DNA of 64,000 nt from Pyrinomonadales bacterium (lineage in GTDB: Bacteria > Acidobacteriota > Blastocatellia > Pyrinomonadales > Pyrinomonadaceae): assembly GCA_038245555.1 (NCBI GenBank), contig JBBRSH010000006.1:7151-71150 (forward strand). The letters are read 5' to 3'. The notes beneath the pieces are model-generated. The model was not told where the DNA came from. It worked only from the letters and a program-made list of their open reading frames with translations, and made no database searches. Shown one piece after another: positions 25,248 to 34,132 of the stretch. Position 1 is the first letter of the stretch. The number at the start of each line of letters is the position of its first letter. The translations under genes and the position numbers were made by a program.

Positions 25248-26117
25248 GTGCAAAACGTAATCGATTTCGCTCCTTCGCGAGCCGAAAAATTAAATTGGAG
25301 CACAATCATCGGAGTCAGTCTGTTTCATCTGGCTGCGGTGGGTGCGATATTTACATTTAGCTGGCAGAATCTTGCCGTGACGCTGGTCCTCTGGTGGATC
25401 GGTGCGAGTTGGGGCATCGGCATCGGGTATCACCGTCTGCTGACGCACCGCGGTTTTACTACCTCCAAATGGATGACGCGCTTCCTCGCGACGTGCGGCA
25501 CAATAGCACTGCAGTCAGGTCCGATCTCATGGGTTACGACTCACCGCCTCCATCATGCCTTCACCGACACGGACCGCGATCCGCATAGCCCGCGTAACGG
25601 TATTTGGTGGTCGCATATGGGCTGGATTTTTAAGGGCACGGCGCAGATACAGCCCGAAGCAGTGATGCAGCGCTACTCGCCCGACTTGATGAAGGACCCG
25701 TATCTGCGGTTTATCGACAAATATTATTACTTTGCGACGATCTTTCTCGCGATCGGTTTATTCGCAGTCGGCGGTTGGTCGATATTGTTCTGGGCGGTCG
25801 CTCTCCGCATCGTCGCCAGTTGGCACTTTACGTGGCTCGTTAATTCCGCGACGCATCTCTGGGGTTATCGCCGTTTTGAGACACGCGATGATTCGCGAAA
25901 CAACGTATTAGTTGCCGCCGTCACCTTCGGCGAAGGCTGGCACAATAACCACCATGCCTTTCCGCGTTCGGCCAAACACGGCCTCACCTGGAAAGAATTT
26001 GATATCAATTGGTATCAACTCCGCATCCTCGAAACATTCGGCCTGATCAAGAACGTCTACGCTTATGACATCGCGACCGAGTCCGAGACGCCGAAAGAGA
26101 TGCGCAAAGCGGCATAG
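25248..26117 (+). CDS. acyl-CoA (delta-9 type) fatty-acid desaturase
   Basis: GTG start. Three histidine boxes: HRLLTHR, HRLHHAFTD and HNNHHAFP. Confidence 0.9.
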   Translation: MQNVIDFAPSRAEKLNWSTIIGVSLFHLAAVGAIFTFSWQNLAVTLVLWWIGASWGIGIGYHRLLTHRGFTTSKWMTRFLATCGTIALQSGPISWVTTHRLHHAFTDTDRDPHSPRNGIWWSHMGWIFKGTAQIQPEAVMQRYSPDLMKDPYLRFIDKYYYFATIFLAIGLFAVGGWSILFWAVALRIVASWHFTWLVNSATHLWGYRRFETRDDSRNNVLVAAVTFGEGWHNNHHAFPRSAKHGLTWKEFDINWYQLRILETFGLIKNVYAYDIATESETPKEMRKAA

Positions 26118-26167
26118 GTCAAAAGTAAAAGAGTAAGCTGGCGAGCCAGCGTCGAGAGCAGTCGAAA

Positions 26168-26222
26168 GGGCAAAACGTAAACCATGTGTTTACTTTTGCC
26201 CTTTTACTTTTTACTTTTAACT
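26168..26222 (+). terminator. probable intrinsic terminator after the desaturase gene
   Basis: gggcaaaacgtaaac / gtttacttttgccc is a stem of about 14 bp with one bulge, followed by the T-rich tract ttttactttttactttt. An A-rich mirror (caaaagtaaaagagtaag, 26118-26138) lies upstream. Confidence 0.45.
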
Positions 26223-26231
26223 TGTTTACTT

Positions 26232-27116
26232 ATGCGCCGCCGTAAAACTGCAATCTTCTTTCTCGTGTTCGGCATCAGCCTGTCGGCGTTGGCCGTCGTG
26301 CTTAACATCACGTGGATACTGCTCAATCTTCGTGAGGTCGCGCTTCTAATATTCGGCGTTATTTTTTTCGCCCTGATCATAACCGGATTGATCCTCAACA
26401 CGATCTTTCTGGTCCGAGAGATCCGCCGCAACGAGCAGCACGACGCTTTTCTGAACGCCATCACGCACGAACTCAAAACGCCGATTGCGTCGATCAAGCT
26501 CTATCTCGAAACCCTCAAAGTTCGCGACCTCGACAAACAAAAGCGTGACGAATTTTATGACATCATGCTTGCCGACAACGAGCGTCTGCTCGGGACCGTC
26601 GAACAGGTCCTGCAGGCGAGCAGCACACGCGAGAAACAGCGGCAGCTAAATCTCGCCGAGATCGACCTCGGCAAAATGATCGGCGATGTCATCACGACGA
26701 TCCGCTCGCAGCGGCACCTCGAGAACGGTGCGATCAAATACACCCCTCCCGCCGAGAGCCTAAAGGTCATGGGGGACCGCAACGAGCTGCGGACCGTCAT
26801 TACCAACCTTATCGACAACGCCATCAAATATTCGCCGGGGACCCCAAAGATCTCGGTCAAGCTACGGGCCAAGGGCGAACGCTCAGCGGAATTCTACGTC
26901 CACGACAACGGCATCGGCATCCCGCGCTCTGACCTCAAACGTGTCTTCAAACGGTTTTACCGCGTCCCAAATCCATCAGCCGACGCCGCCAAAGGCACCG
27001 GCCTCGGCCTCGCCATCGTCCAATCAATAGTAGAAAAGCACGGCGGCCGCGTCCGCGCCCAAAGCCGCGGCGACGGCAAAGGCACCACGTTCTTTATCCG
27101 GCTGCCCACTGTCTGA
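26232..27116 (+). CDS. sensor histidine kinase (PhoR/BaeS-like HisKA plus HATPase_c)
   Basis: Start placed at MRRRKTAIFF (the track start is 26184). Two TM helices. H-box FLNAITHELKTPIASIKLYLETL, N-box NLIDNAIKYS, and G-boxes DNGIGI and GTGLGLAIV. Confidence 0.85.
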   Translation: MRRRKTAIFFLVFGISLSALAVVLNITWILLNLREVALLIFGVIFFALIITGLILNTIFLVREIRRNEQHDAFLNAITHELKTPIASIKLYLETLKVRDLDKQKRDEFYDIMLADNERLLGTVEQVLQASSTREKQRQLNLAEIDLGKMIGDVITTIRSQRHLENGAIKYTPPAESLKVMGDRNELRTVITNLIDNAIKYSPGTPKISVKLRAKGERSAEFYVHDNGIGIPRSDLKRVFKRFYRVPNPSADAAKGTGLGLAIVQSIVEKHGGRVRAQSRGDGKGTTFFIRLPTV

Positions 27117-27219
27117 ATGTGAGTCGCAAGACCCATGTCCCAATTTAAAGGACTAATGGGAAAAACACAGAGCCAATAAATATATTTACAAACCTAAGCC
27201 GATTGGGTAATAATAAAAT

Positions 27220-27453
27220 ATGCCGACTGTGCTGCGCCAAGGCGGATTCAGTTTCTTGATCTACACCCGGGACCACGAGCCAATGCACGTTCATGTTTGG
27301 CATCAGGGCAACGAAGCTGTGATTCGATTTGAAACAGAGATCGTGGTTTTGGAAGTGAACGGCCTTAACCGGCAACAGGTAAGAAAGGCTCTGTCGATCG
27401 TGACGCAAAATCAAAGGTTTTTGATCGACAAATGGAGAGAGATCTATGGATGA
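27220..27453 (+). CDS. DUF4160-domain protein
   Basis: 77 aa. GFSFLIYTRDHEPMHVHVWHQGNEAVIRFE is the DUF4160 signature. Confidence 0.8.
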   Translation: MPTVLRQGGFSFLIYTRDHEPMHVHVWHQGNEAVIRFETEIVVLEVNGLNRQQVRKALSIVTQNQRFLIDKWREIYG

Positions 27454-27904
27454 GAACGAGATAGGAATGACCGAGGTCGAATTTGAGCGTCAATACAAGC
27501 AGGCGATTAAACGCGGCGCGGAGAGACTTGAACGGTTGCCGAGCGCGGTTTCGGCCAAATACGACAAAAAAACAAAGCGAATGGTTTTTGAGATGCTGAA
27601 CGGGGTAACTTTGCTTGTGCCGGTTCGTCTAATACAGGGCCTTCGTACCGACGAAGAGAACCTTCTAAGTGATTTCGAATTGGTGTGCAAAGGTTCACAA
27701 ATTCATTGGCGCGGTTTGGATGTTCAATTCTATATCGAGGATCTGCTAAAGGGTGTTTTCGGCACTCCGAAGTGGATGAGATCGATCACGGAACATCTCG
27801 CAGACATCGGGCGAAAGGGCGGTTCAAGTAAATCCGCGGCCAAAACCGCATCGTCCCGCGAAAACGGAAAAAAAGGCGGCCGACCGTCAAGAAAGGTCGC
27901 CTGA
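27446..27904 (+). CDS. DUF2442-like protein with a basic KGG-rich tail
   Basis: 152 aa, overlapping the DUF4160 gene by 8 nt. KYDKKTKRMVFEMLNGVTLLVPVRLIQGL and IHWRGLDVQF. Tail is RKGGSSKSAAKTASSRENGKKGGRPSRK. Confidence 0.7.
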   Translation: MDENEIGMTEVEFERQYKQAIKRGAERLERLPSAVSAKYDKKTKRMVFEMLNGVTLLVPVRLIQGLRTDEENLLSDFELVCKGSQIHWRGLDVQFYIEDLLKGVFGTPKWMRSITEHLADIGRKGGSSKSAAKTASSRENGKKGGRPSRKVA

Positions 27905-27950
27905 GGTTACCAATGTCGTATCGAAAATTGCAGAATAGGCGGTCTTTGAG

Positions 27951-28664
27951 ATGAAGATCTTAATTGTCGAGGATGAGGAGCATTTGGCGGATGGGTTGCG
28001 ATTTAACCTTGAGGCTGAGGGGTTTGAGGCGGAGATTGCGGGGGACGGCGAGGTTGCGCTTCAGCGGCTCGGCGAAACGGCGTTTGATGCGGTGGTGTTG
28101 GACGTGATGCTGCCGTCGGTGGATGGGTTTGAGGTCGCGAGGACGATGCGGGGTCGCTCGGACTATACGCCGATATTGATGCTGACGGCACGGGGCCGTC
28201 CCGAGGATGTGCTTCAGGGTTTTGAGGCCGGGACGGACGACTACCTGGCAAAGCCCTTCGACCTGGAAATCTTTCTCGCGCGGCTCAATGGGCTATTGCG
28301 GCGTCGACAGTGGTTTCGGACGGAGATGGCACCGGCGGAAGCCGCAAGCATCATTACCGTCAACGGCCGGACGATCGACCTTGAAAATCTCGAACTTCGC
28401 AACGGCGACGAGCTTATTCACCTGACGCTGATGGAGGCTAAACTTCTCAGCTATCTGATCGGACATGAGGGCCGGGCCGTTTCGCGAAAGGTCATTCTCG
28501 AAGAGGTCTGGCAGCTGCAGGAAGACACTGACACGAGGGCGATAGACAATTTTATCGTCCGGCTCCGCAAGCATCTCGAGGATCAGCCGAACGATCCTAA
28601 GATCGTCCAAACCGTCCGCGGCGTCGGCTACAGGTTTGTAAATCCCGATTCAAATCCCGCGTAA
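27951..28664 (+). CDS. OmpR-family response regulator
   Basis: MKILIVEDEEHLA, DAVVLDVMLP, LMLTARG, then a winged-helix trans_reg_C domain (IQTVRGVGYRF). Confidence 0.9.
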   Translation: MKILIVEDEEHLADGLRFNLEAEGFEAEIAGDGEVALQRLGETAFDAVVLDVMLPSVDGFEVARTMRGRSDYTPILMLTARGRPEDVLQGFEAGTDDYLAKPFDLEIFLARLNGLLRRRQWFRTEMAPAEAASIITVNGRTIDLENLELRNGDELIHLTLMEAKLLSYLIGHEGRAVSRKVILEEVWQLQEDTDTRAIDNFIVRLRKHLEDQPNDPKIVQTVRGVGYRFVNPDSNPA

Positions 28665-30118
28665 TTTCGCCGTCCGAGAACTTTGATCGTCGCACGCCAA
28701 TGTTCATGCAGTTCGAACCGCCAGATCTCGATCTCAGGTGCGACGGCCCGGGCAAAAAACTCAAAATCGTAATGAAAGCTGAGTGCCGGTGCGGCGAGGT
28801 AAACCAGAGCCGGCTTATCGAGTATCTCGCGGCCGCCGAAAAGGTCCGCCTCGGCCAGAATGCCGCGGCGACGCTGCAGTTCGATCTTGCGCCAATAGTC
28901 GGCGGCCTGAAACACCATTTCTCGGTCGGGCTGAGTTTTGAGCTCGATCACAACCAACCGGCCGTCTTTGCGAAGCGCGAGCAGATCGATCTTGTCGCTG
29001 GACGATCGAAATTGGTTGTAGATCGGGGCAAGGATGAGATTGGCGTCGAGTGCAACGATATTGCGCCGCAGGATCGATTCGAGCCACGCTTCCGGAGCCG
29101 TGCGGTAAAGCTCGTGGCGTTTGTTCGGCGGGTCGGGACGGCGATGTATAGCGAGGTTGGCGACGAGCAGTCCAAGCTGATCGGCATTTTCTGCCGTCAA
29201 GGCGTGCCGGTGTCGCCCGACGCCGAACCACGCTTTTTCCTGGCTGAACATTGAGCGTATTCGGGCTAGAGGCAGCCCAAGATATCGGATCGTTTCGCCT
29301 TGTTTTGAGTAGACGATGTCCATCTCGTCAGGCGCCAAACGTATTATTCCGGAGGCTGTTTCACTTGGTTCGGCGTCGTGAGGCAATGCCAGCTTTTTCG
29401 CCTTTTCACGCCAGAGATCGCGGATCTTTCGTTTTGGTAGTTCGAGGAGGGAAGCCGGTTCAGCCTTTCGAGAGATCTCGTGGATGGTAAGGATGCTTCG
29501 CCATCTGTCGGTCAACAGGGCGTGGAGTTTTTGAAGGTCTTTTGCCCGTCGCCGTTCGGCGATCAGCCAGATGTCGAGGATCGGCTTCTTTTTACGCAAG
29601 CCAAGCTTGTCGTACCAGAGCATCGCGGCGGTAAACATGGCCTCGGGCGTCAGCGTGCCCGTGACGTCGGCCATGGCGGCGAAATACTTCTTTTCACGGC
29701 CGAAAACGATTTGGGCTATGCGGCCATTTTCCTTGTTGAGGGCGACGCGTTCGAGCTTAGTTCCAGCGAAGCCAGACTCGATCATTCGGGCGATCTCGTT
29801 CGCCTTGTTTAGACGGGCGAGTTCGACCTCGGACGCGAGTTCACGGGCTGTGGTTCTCGGTACGAGTCGCAGGGTTTCGCGTTGGCGGCCGAATGCACCG
29901 GCGACATCCACCGCGATCTCCGAGCCATCGAGTTCGAATCCGTTAAGCCGCCACGAACGAAAACCCATTTCGTCGGGAAAGCCGATAAGTTCGCCGCCGC
30001 TCTCTTTGACAAATTCGATCTCAGTTCGCATCAGCGGAAACGATCGGCCGCCATCGCGGACAAGCAGCCACTCGTGGTGGCCATCGATCAACTCCCGCAG
30101 TGCGTCGGCGTTCACCAT
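28628..30118 (-). CDS. hypothetical protein with a C-terminal PD-(D/E)xK (RecB/Cas4-like) nuclease motif
   Basis: 496 aa. KIDLLALRKDGRLVVIELKTQPDREMVFQAADYWRKI gives D..ELK..QxxxY. The N-terminal 360 aa or so have no domain I recognise. The 3' end overlaps the convergent response-regulator gene by 37 nt. The start overlaps the stop of the SGNH gene by 7 nt. Confidence 0.7.
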   Translation of the reverse strand: MVNADALRELIDGHHEWLLVRDGGRSFPLMRTEIEFVKESGGELIGFPDEMGFRSWRLNGFELDGSEIAVDVAGAFGRQRETLRLVPRTTARELASEVELARLNKANEIARMIESGFAGTKLERVALNKENGRIAQIVFGREKKYFAAMADVTGTLTPEAMFTAAMLWYDKLGLRKKKPILDIWLIAERRRAKDLQKLHALLTDRWRSILTIHEISRKAEPASLLELPKRKIRDLWREKAKKLALPHDAEPSETASGIIRLAPDEMDIVYSKQGETIRYLGLPLARIRSMFSQEKAWFGVGRHRHALTAENADQLGLLVANLAIHRRPDPPNKRHELYRTAPEAWLESILRRNIVALDANLILAPIYNQFRSSSDKIDLLALRKDGRLVVIELKTQPDREMVFQAADYWRKIELQRRRGILAEADLFGGREILDKPALVYLAAPALSFHYDFEFFARAVAPEIEIWRFELHEHWRATIKVLGRRNYAGFESGFTNL

Positions 30119-30906
30119 TCGTAATTGTTTTTGAAATATCGCATCATCGCCGCCGACCAGTCGGCGTAGCCCTGTTCCGAAGGGTGGATGCCATCGGCAA
30201 AAAAGCCCTCGAGCCTCACGTCGACGGGCTGCGGATAGTAGAAGACGCGATCCATCGGCCCAGTAAATTCGCGGATATTGGCATCGTGCATTTGCGACAG
30301 TTCCCAGAGGAGCTGCTTTGCGGGCGGCGGTATCGCGTTCGTGTAGATGATCATCGGGCAGTTCGAGATAAAGATGACCGCCTCAGGGTGTCGTTCACGC
30401 AATGTGCCTATCAGGTCGAGCATGTCATGCCGCCATTTTCTCGGAGTGCTTAGCTTCATAACGTCGTTGCCGCCGATGCCAAGCAGGATGTAGTCGAACG
30501 GTTCGGCCGGCATCTGGGGAACGAGTTCGTCGATAGTGCGGCGGGCCGTGACGCCATTCTTGCCTATCACGTCCCATTTCACCGGGCGGTCGATCTTGCG
30601 GCTTAGCTGGAGTGCAAATTGCCCGGCGAGCGCCAGTTCGTGGGTGCGAGCACCAAGTCCGGCAACAGTTGATTCGCCGATGACAAAAAGTTTTACGGGG
30701 TCGCCGCCCGTTCCGGCAATCCCTGTTTTTGGCCCGGCTGCGTCGGGCAGCACGCCGACTTTCCAACGGGTGATCGCCCCTTGGAGAAACAATAACGGCG
30801 AGATCGGTGCGACTGCCGCAGCTCCGAGAACGAACCTCGTTTGCCATCGCCGCAGATTCCGGTCGCCGTTGTCCGCGTGGTTCGTTATGTTAGAATTTAA
30901 GGACAT
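30112..30906 (-). CDS. SGNH/GDSL-family hydrolase
   Basis: 264 aa. Block I LFVIGESTVAG, block III LLGIGGNDV, C-terminal DGIHPSEQG (DxxH). Confidence 0.8.
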   Translation of the reverse strand: MSLNSNITNHADNGDRNLRRWQTRFVLGAAAVAPISPLLFLQGAITRWKVGVLPDAAGPKTGIAGTGGDPVKLFVIGESTVAGLGARTHELALAGQFALQLSRKIDRPVKWDVIGKNGVTARRTIDELVPQMPAEPFDYILLGIGGNDVMKLSTPRKWRHDMLDLIGTLRERHPEAVIFISNCPMIIYTNAIPPPAKQLLWELSQMHDANIREFTGPMDRVFYYPQPVDVRLEGFFADGIHPSEQGYADWSAAMMRYFKNNYEW

Positions 30907-30908
30907 AA

Positions 30909-31598
30909 ATGCAATTGTTAAATATTACAAGAATTCTGATCTTCTTCGCGATTTCCACGCTCTTTTTTCACGGCTGCGGCGGCGTGAAACCGGCCCAGAA
31001 TACATCCGTGCCGCCGCAGGATGCCCAGCGGACCGAGCCGCCGTATCAGAATGCCGAGCCTGAAACCTATCAGACCGAGGTCTGGCAGACCAATGCCGCC
31101 AGCACGGACAAGTTCCTGATCTCGCGCAAAGGCGACCTGTGGCGGATCGACAGCGCCTACGGTGATCCGACCCAGACAACAGCACTGCATAACGTAAAGG
31201 ACTACGTTCTGTCGATGGCCACGAAGACGTATGCCGAGTATCAGACGGGCCATGGATATGACGACCGAGCGGACACAGTTAGTGCGATCACCATGGGCCT
31301 GATCAACGGCCGCGACAAAGCCGTGTACGAGACAATGGGCCCGATCGACGGGCAGACAAAATACAAGGTCACAGGTGCTCCCGGCAAACCCGTCGAATCG
31401 ATCGTCACCGTCGACGCCAAGATCGGGCTGCCCGTCATGAAAGAGATCTTTAAGATCGAAGGCGAGCGAACATTCGATGTGACCGTAAAACTGACGGGCT
31501 TCAGGACCGATGTCGACACCGCGATCTTTGAACTGCCGAAAGACTTCAAATTGGTCTCGATCGAAGAAATGAAGAAAGTTCTGACCGCTCCAAAGTAG
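30909..31598 (+). CDS. hypothetical lipoprotein
   Basis: 229 aa. ILIFFAISTLFFHGCGG lipobox. The start codon is only 2 nt from the divergent SGNH start codon. Confidence 0.7.
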   Translation: MQLLNITRILIFFAISTLFFHGCGGVKPAQNTSVPPQDAQRTEPPYQNAEPETYQTEVWQTNAASTDKFLISRKGDLWRIDSAYGDPTQTTALHNVKDYVLSMATKTYAEYQTGHGYDDRADTVSAITMGLINGRDKAVYETMGPIDGQTKYKVTGAPGKPVESIVTVDAKIGLPVMKEIFKIEGERTFDVTVKLTGFRTDVDTAIFELPKDFKLVSIEEMKKVLTAPK

Positions 31599-31605
31599 TT
31601 TCCGT

Positions 31606-32037
31606 ATGACCAAACCAGAAAAACTCGCAGAGATCACGGCGGAGCAACGCGCCTTTGCCGCAAATGCTCTCCACAGCCTGCCATTTTCAAAACTCATCGG
31701 GATGAAGCTCGTCGATCTCCGGCCCGACGAGGCCGTACTGAGCATCGAGATGCGGGACGACCTGCGGCAGCCGAACGGCGTCCTCCATGGCGGCGTCACG
31801 GCGACATTGATCGACACCGCGATGGCATTTGCCGTGCGGACGCGCCTTGCGATGACCGAAGCGACCGCGACCATCGATTTGACAGTGCACTATCTCCGGC
31901 CCCATCTAACCGGTGTTTTTACGTGCACGGCAAAGGTCGTTCGGGCCGGAAAACGTATTTTTACTGTATCCGCGGATGTTCACAACGAGTACGGTAAGCT
32001 CATCGCAACGGGGCTATCGACCTACACGAAGGTTTAA
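31606..32037 (+). CDS. PaaI-family (hotdog-fold) thioesterase
   Basis: 143 aa. NGVLHGGVTATLIDTAMAFAV is the PaaI/4HBT signature. Confidence 0.85.
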   Translation: MTKPEKLAEITAEQRAFAANALHSLPFSKLIGMKLVDLRPDEAVLSIEMRDDLRQPNGVLHGGVTATLIDTAMAFAVRTRLAMTEATATIDLTVHYLRPHLTGVFTCTAKVVRAGKRIFTVSADVHNEYGKLIATGLSTYTKV

Positions 32038-32106
32038 CCACATCGGAACATAGAACACAATAGGTCAAAAACTTTGTGTTCTATGATTCTATGTGGTGAA
32101 TTTCTT

Positions 32107-33990
32107 ATGGAGCAACTCAAGAAGTTTGCACGATATTTTAGGCCGTACAAGTGGACGGTCTTGGGCGGAATATTGTGCATCCTCTGTTCGATGGCGTTCG
32201 GGTTGTTTATTCCGTACATGGTCGGCAAAGCGATTGACGACCTCGGTGCGGGCATCACCCGGGACAAGATCATCTATTATCCGCTCGTCATCCTCGGCAT
32301 CAATCTGATGAGCGGTGTGTTTTTATTTTTTCAGCGGCGACTGCTTATCAATACTTCGCGGCATATCGAGTTCGACATGCGGCAAGATTTTTATGCCACG
32401 CTGGTCAACCAGCCGCTTGAGTATTTTCATGCAAATCGCGTCGGTGACCTGATGGCCCGTGCGACCAACGACCTCGCGGCAGTCCGCCAGATCGTCGGGC
32501 CGATGATCCTTTACAGCTTTCAGGCGATATTTGCGCTATGCATAAGCTTACCGATAATGCTCAATATCTCGGTCAAGCTGACCCTCCTGCTGCTGATCCC
32601 GATGCCGCTCGTTTCGCTGACAGTAAAGTACCTCGGTGAGCAGATCCACAAGCGATTCGAAAAGATACAGGAGTTTTTCTCCGACATCACGGCTCGTGCC
32701 CAGGAGAACCTGACCGGAGTCCGTGTCGTCCGGGCATACGCCCAGGAAGACGCTGAGATCGAACAGTTTCAAAAGCTCAATCGCGAATATGCACGCAAGA
32801 ACCTGCATCTCGTCAAATTTGCCGCGGCGATGCGGCCGCTGCTCTTTTTCTTTATCGGTCTTGGTTTTGTGATCATTGTAGCCGTTGGTGTTCCCATGGC
32901 GGTCCGCGGCGAGATCACGGCGGGTGACTTTACGGCCTTTATTCTCTACCTCCAGCGAATGATATGGTATCTGATCGCCCTTGGCTATGTGGTCAATCTC
33001 TACCAACGCGGCACCGCCTCGCTCAAGCGGTTCAACGAGATCCTCGACGCCGAACCCGCGATCAAAGACGCCCAGGACGTCCGCGAGCAGGAGCCGGTCA
33101 AAGGAAAGGTCGAGTTTCGCGACCTGACGTTCGCCTACAACGGCAAACCCGTCTTGTCTGACATCAATCTCGTGGTAGAGCAAGGAATGACGGTCGCCCT
33201 GGTCGGAAAGACCGGCAGCGGCAAATCGACGCTCGTCAGCCTGATCCCGCGATTGATGGACGCTCCCGTTGGCACGGTCCTCGTCGATGGCGTCCCGCTA
33301 AACGAATTTCCGATCGCTCAACTTCGGCGGTCGATCGGCTTTGTCCCGCAGGAGACGTTTCTTTTTAGCGATACCCTAGCCGCGAATATTGCATTCGGTG
33401 TGGAGAATTTTGGACCGCAGAGACACGGAGACGCAGAGTCAGAACCAGGAGCGATAGCGACTGGGTCCGCGACAAATAGAAAAGACGCCTCGATCAGCGT
33501 CTATCCACGTTCATCTGCTGTTAGTGCTTTTTCCTCCGCGTCTCCGCGTCTCCGCGGTGAAATATCCGTCGAGGCCGCAGCCCAGATCGCCGGGCTTGCC
33601 GATGATATTCAGGAATTTCCCGGAAAGTACGAGCAGCTTGTCGGCGAACGCGGCATCACTCTTTCAGGCGGCCAGAAGCAGCGAACGGCGATCGCCCGTG
33701 CCATCATGCGGGACCCGCGGATACTAATACTCGACGACTCCCTTTCGGCGGTGGATACCTACACCGAGGAAACTATCCTTCACAACCTTCGGGACGTTCG
33801 ATCGGGGCGAACAACGATCATCGTGTCTCATCGCGTCTCGACCATCCGCGACGCAGACCTCATTTGCGTGCTCCACGACGGCCAAATTATTGAACGCGGC
33901 ACCCACGACGAACTCCTCGCCCTCGATGGAGAATACGCCGATCTCTACGAACGCCAATTGCTGGAAGAGGAACTAGAAGCAACTGACTAA
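32107..33990 (+). CDS. ABC exporter, fused permease/ATPase (MsbA/lipid-A-exporter-like), carrying an in-frame insertion of about 50 aa in the NBD
   Basis: Start placed at [16 protein letters not shown] (the track start is 32074). Six-TM ABC_membrane domain. Walker [11 protein letters not shown]-loop FVPQETFLF, signature LSGGQKQR, Walker B ILILDD, H-loop VSHR. Confidence 0.9.
   Translation: MEQLKKFARYFRPYKWTVLGGILCILCSMAFGLFIPYMVGKAIDDLGAGITRDKIIYYPLVILGINLMSGVFLFFQRRLLINTSRHIEFDMRQDFYATLVNQPLEYFHANRVGDLMARATNDLAAVRQIVGPMILYSFQAIFALCISLPIMLNISVKLTLLLLIPMPLVSLTVKYLGEQIHKRFEKIQEFFSDITARAQENLTGVRVVRAYAQEDAEIEQFQKLNREYARKNLHLVKFAAAMRPLLFFFIGLGFVIIVAVGVPMAVRGEITAGDFTAFILYLQRMIWYLIALGYVVNLYQRGTASLKRFNEILDAEPAIKDAQDVREQEPVKGKVEFRDLTFAYNGKPVLSDINLVVEQGMTVALVGKTGSGKSTLVSLIPRLMDAPVGTVLVDGVPLNEFPIAQLRRSIGFVPQETFLFSDTLAANIAFGVENFGPQRHGDAESEPGAIATGSATNRKDASISVYPRSSAVSAFSSASPRLRGEISVEAAAQIAGLADDIQEFPGKYEQLVGERGITLSGGQKQRTAIARAIMRDPRILILDDSLSAVDTYTEETILHNLRDVRSGRTTIIVSHRVSTIRDADLICVLHDGQIIERGTHDELLALDGEYADLYERQLLEEELEATD
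33409..33561. repeat. palindromic element of about 150 nt inserted in frame in the ABC exporter gene
   Basis: Arms CCGCAGAGACACGGAGACGCAGAG (33415-33438) and CTCCGCGTCTCCGCGTCTCCGCGG (33534-33557) are reverse complements at 21 of 24 positions. Each arm is a tandem 8-mer. An inner hairpin AGACGC-N8-GCGTCT lies at 33483-33502. It encodes [51 protein letters not shown]. Confidence 0.8.
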
Positions 33991-34132
33991 GCTCAATAGA
34001 TACACAGTATTCCGCATGGTTGAGGCGAAAGAGATAAGAAATTTAACGGCGCAAAGCACGGAATCCTATTGCTTTCGGCGGCGGCCCCGCCCGTGTCGCT
34101 TTCGCTAATTTGCTTCTCGATCGGTGAAAAAA

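Noticed and set aside
26118-26232. A-rich / T-rich heptad-like tracts (caaaagtaaaagagtaag ... cttttactttttacttttaac) around a 14-bp hairpin, considered as another member of the inverted short-repeat element class
   Set aside because: The simplest reading is a strong, possibly bidirectional, intrinsic terminator after the desaturase gene. It is annotated as such.
30918-31874. 318-aa ORF on the minus strand spanning two plus-strand genes
   Set aside because: It is antisense to a lipoprotein gene with a clear lipobox and to a PaaI thioesterase with its signature motif. The composition is Arg/Gly/Ala-biased, as expected for the reverse frame of GC-rich coding DNA, and it has no motif.
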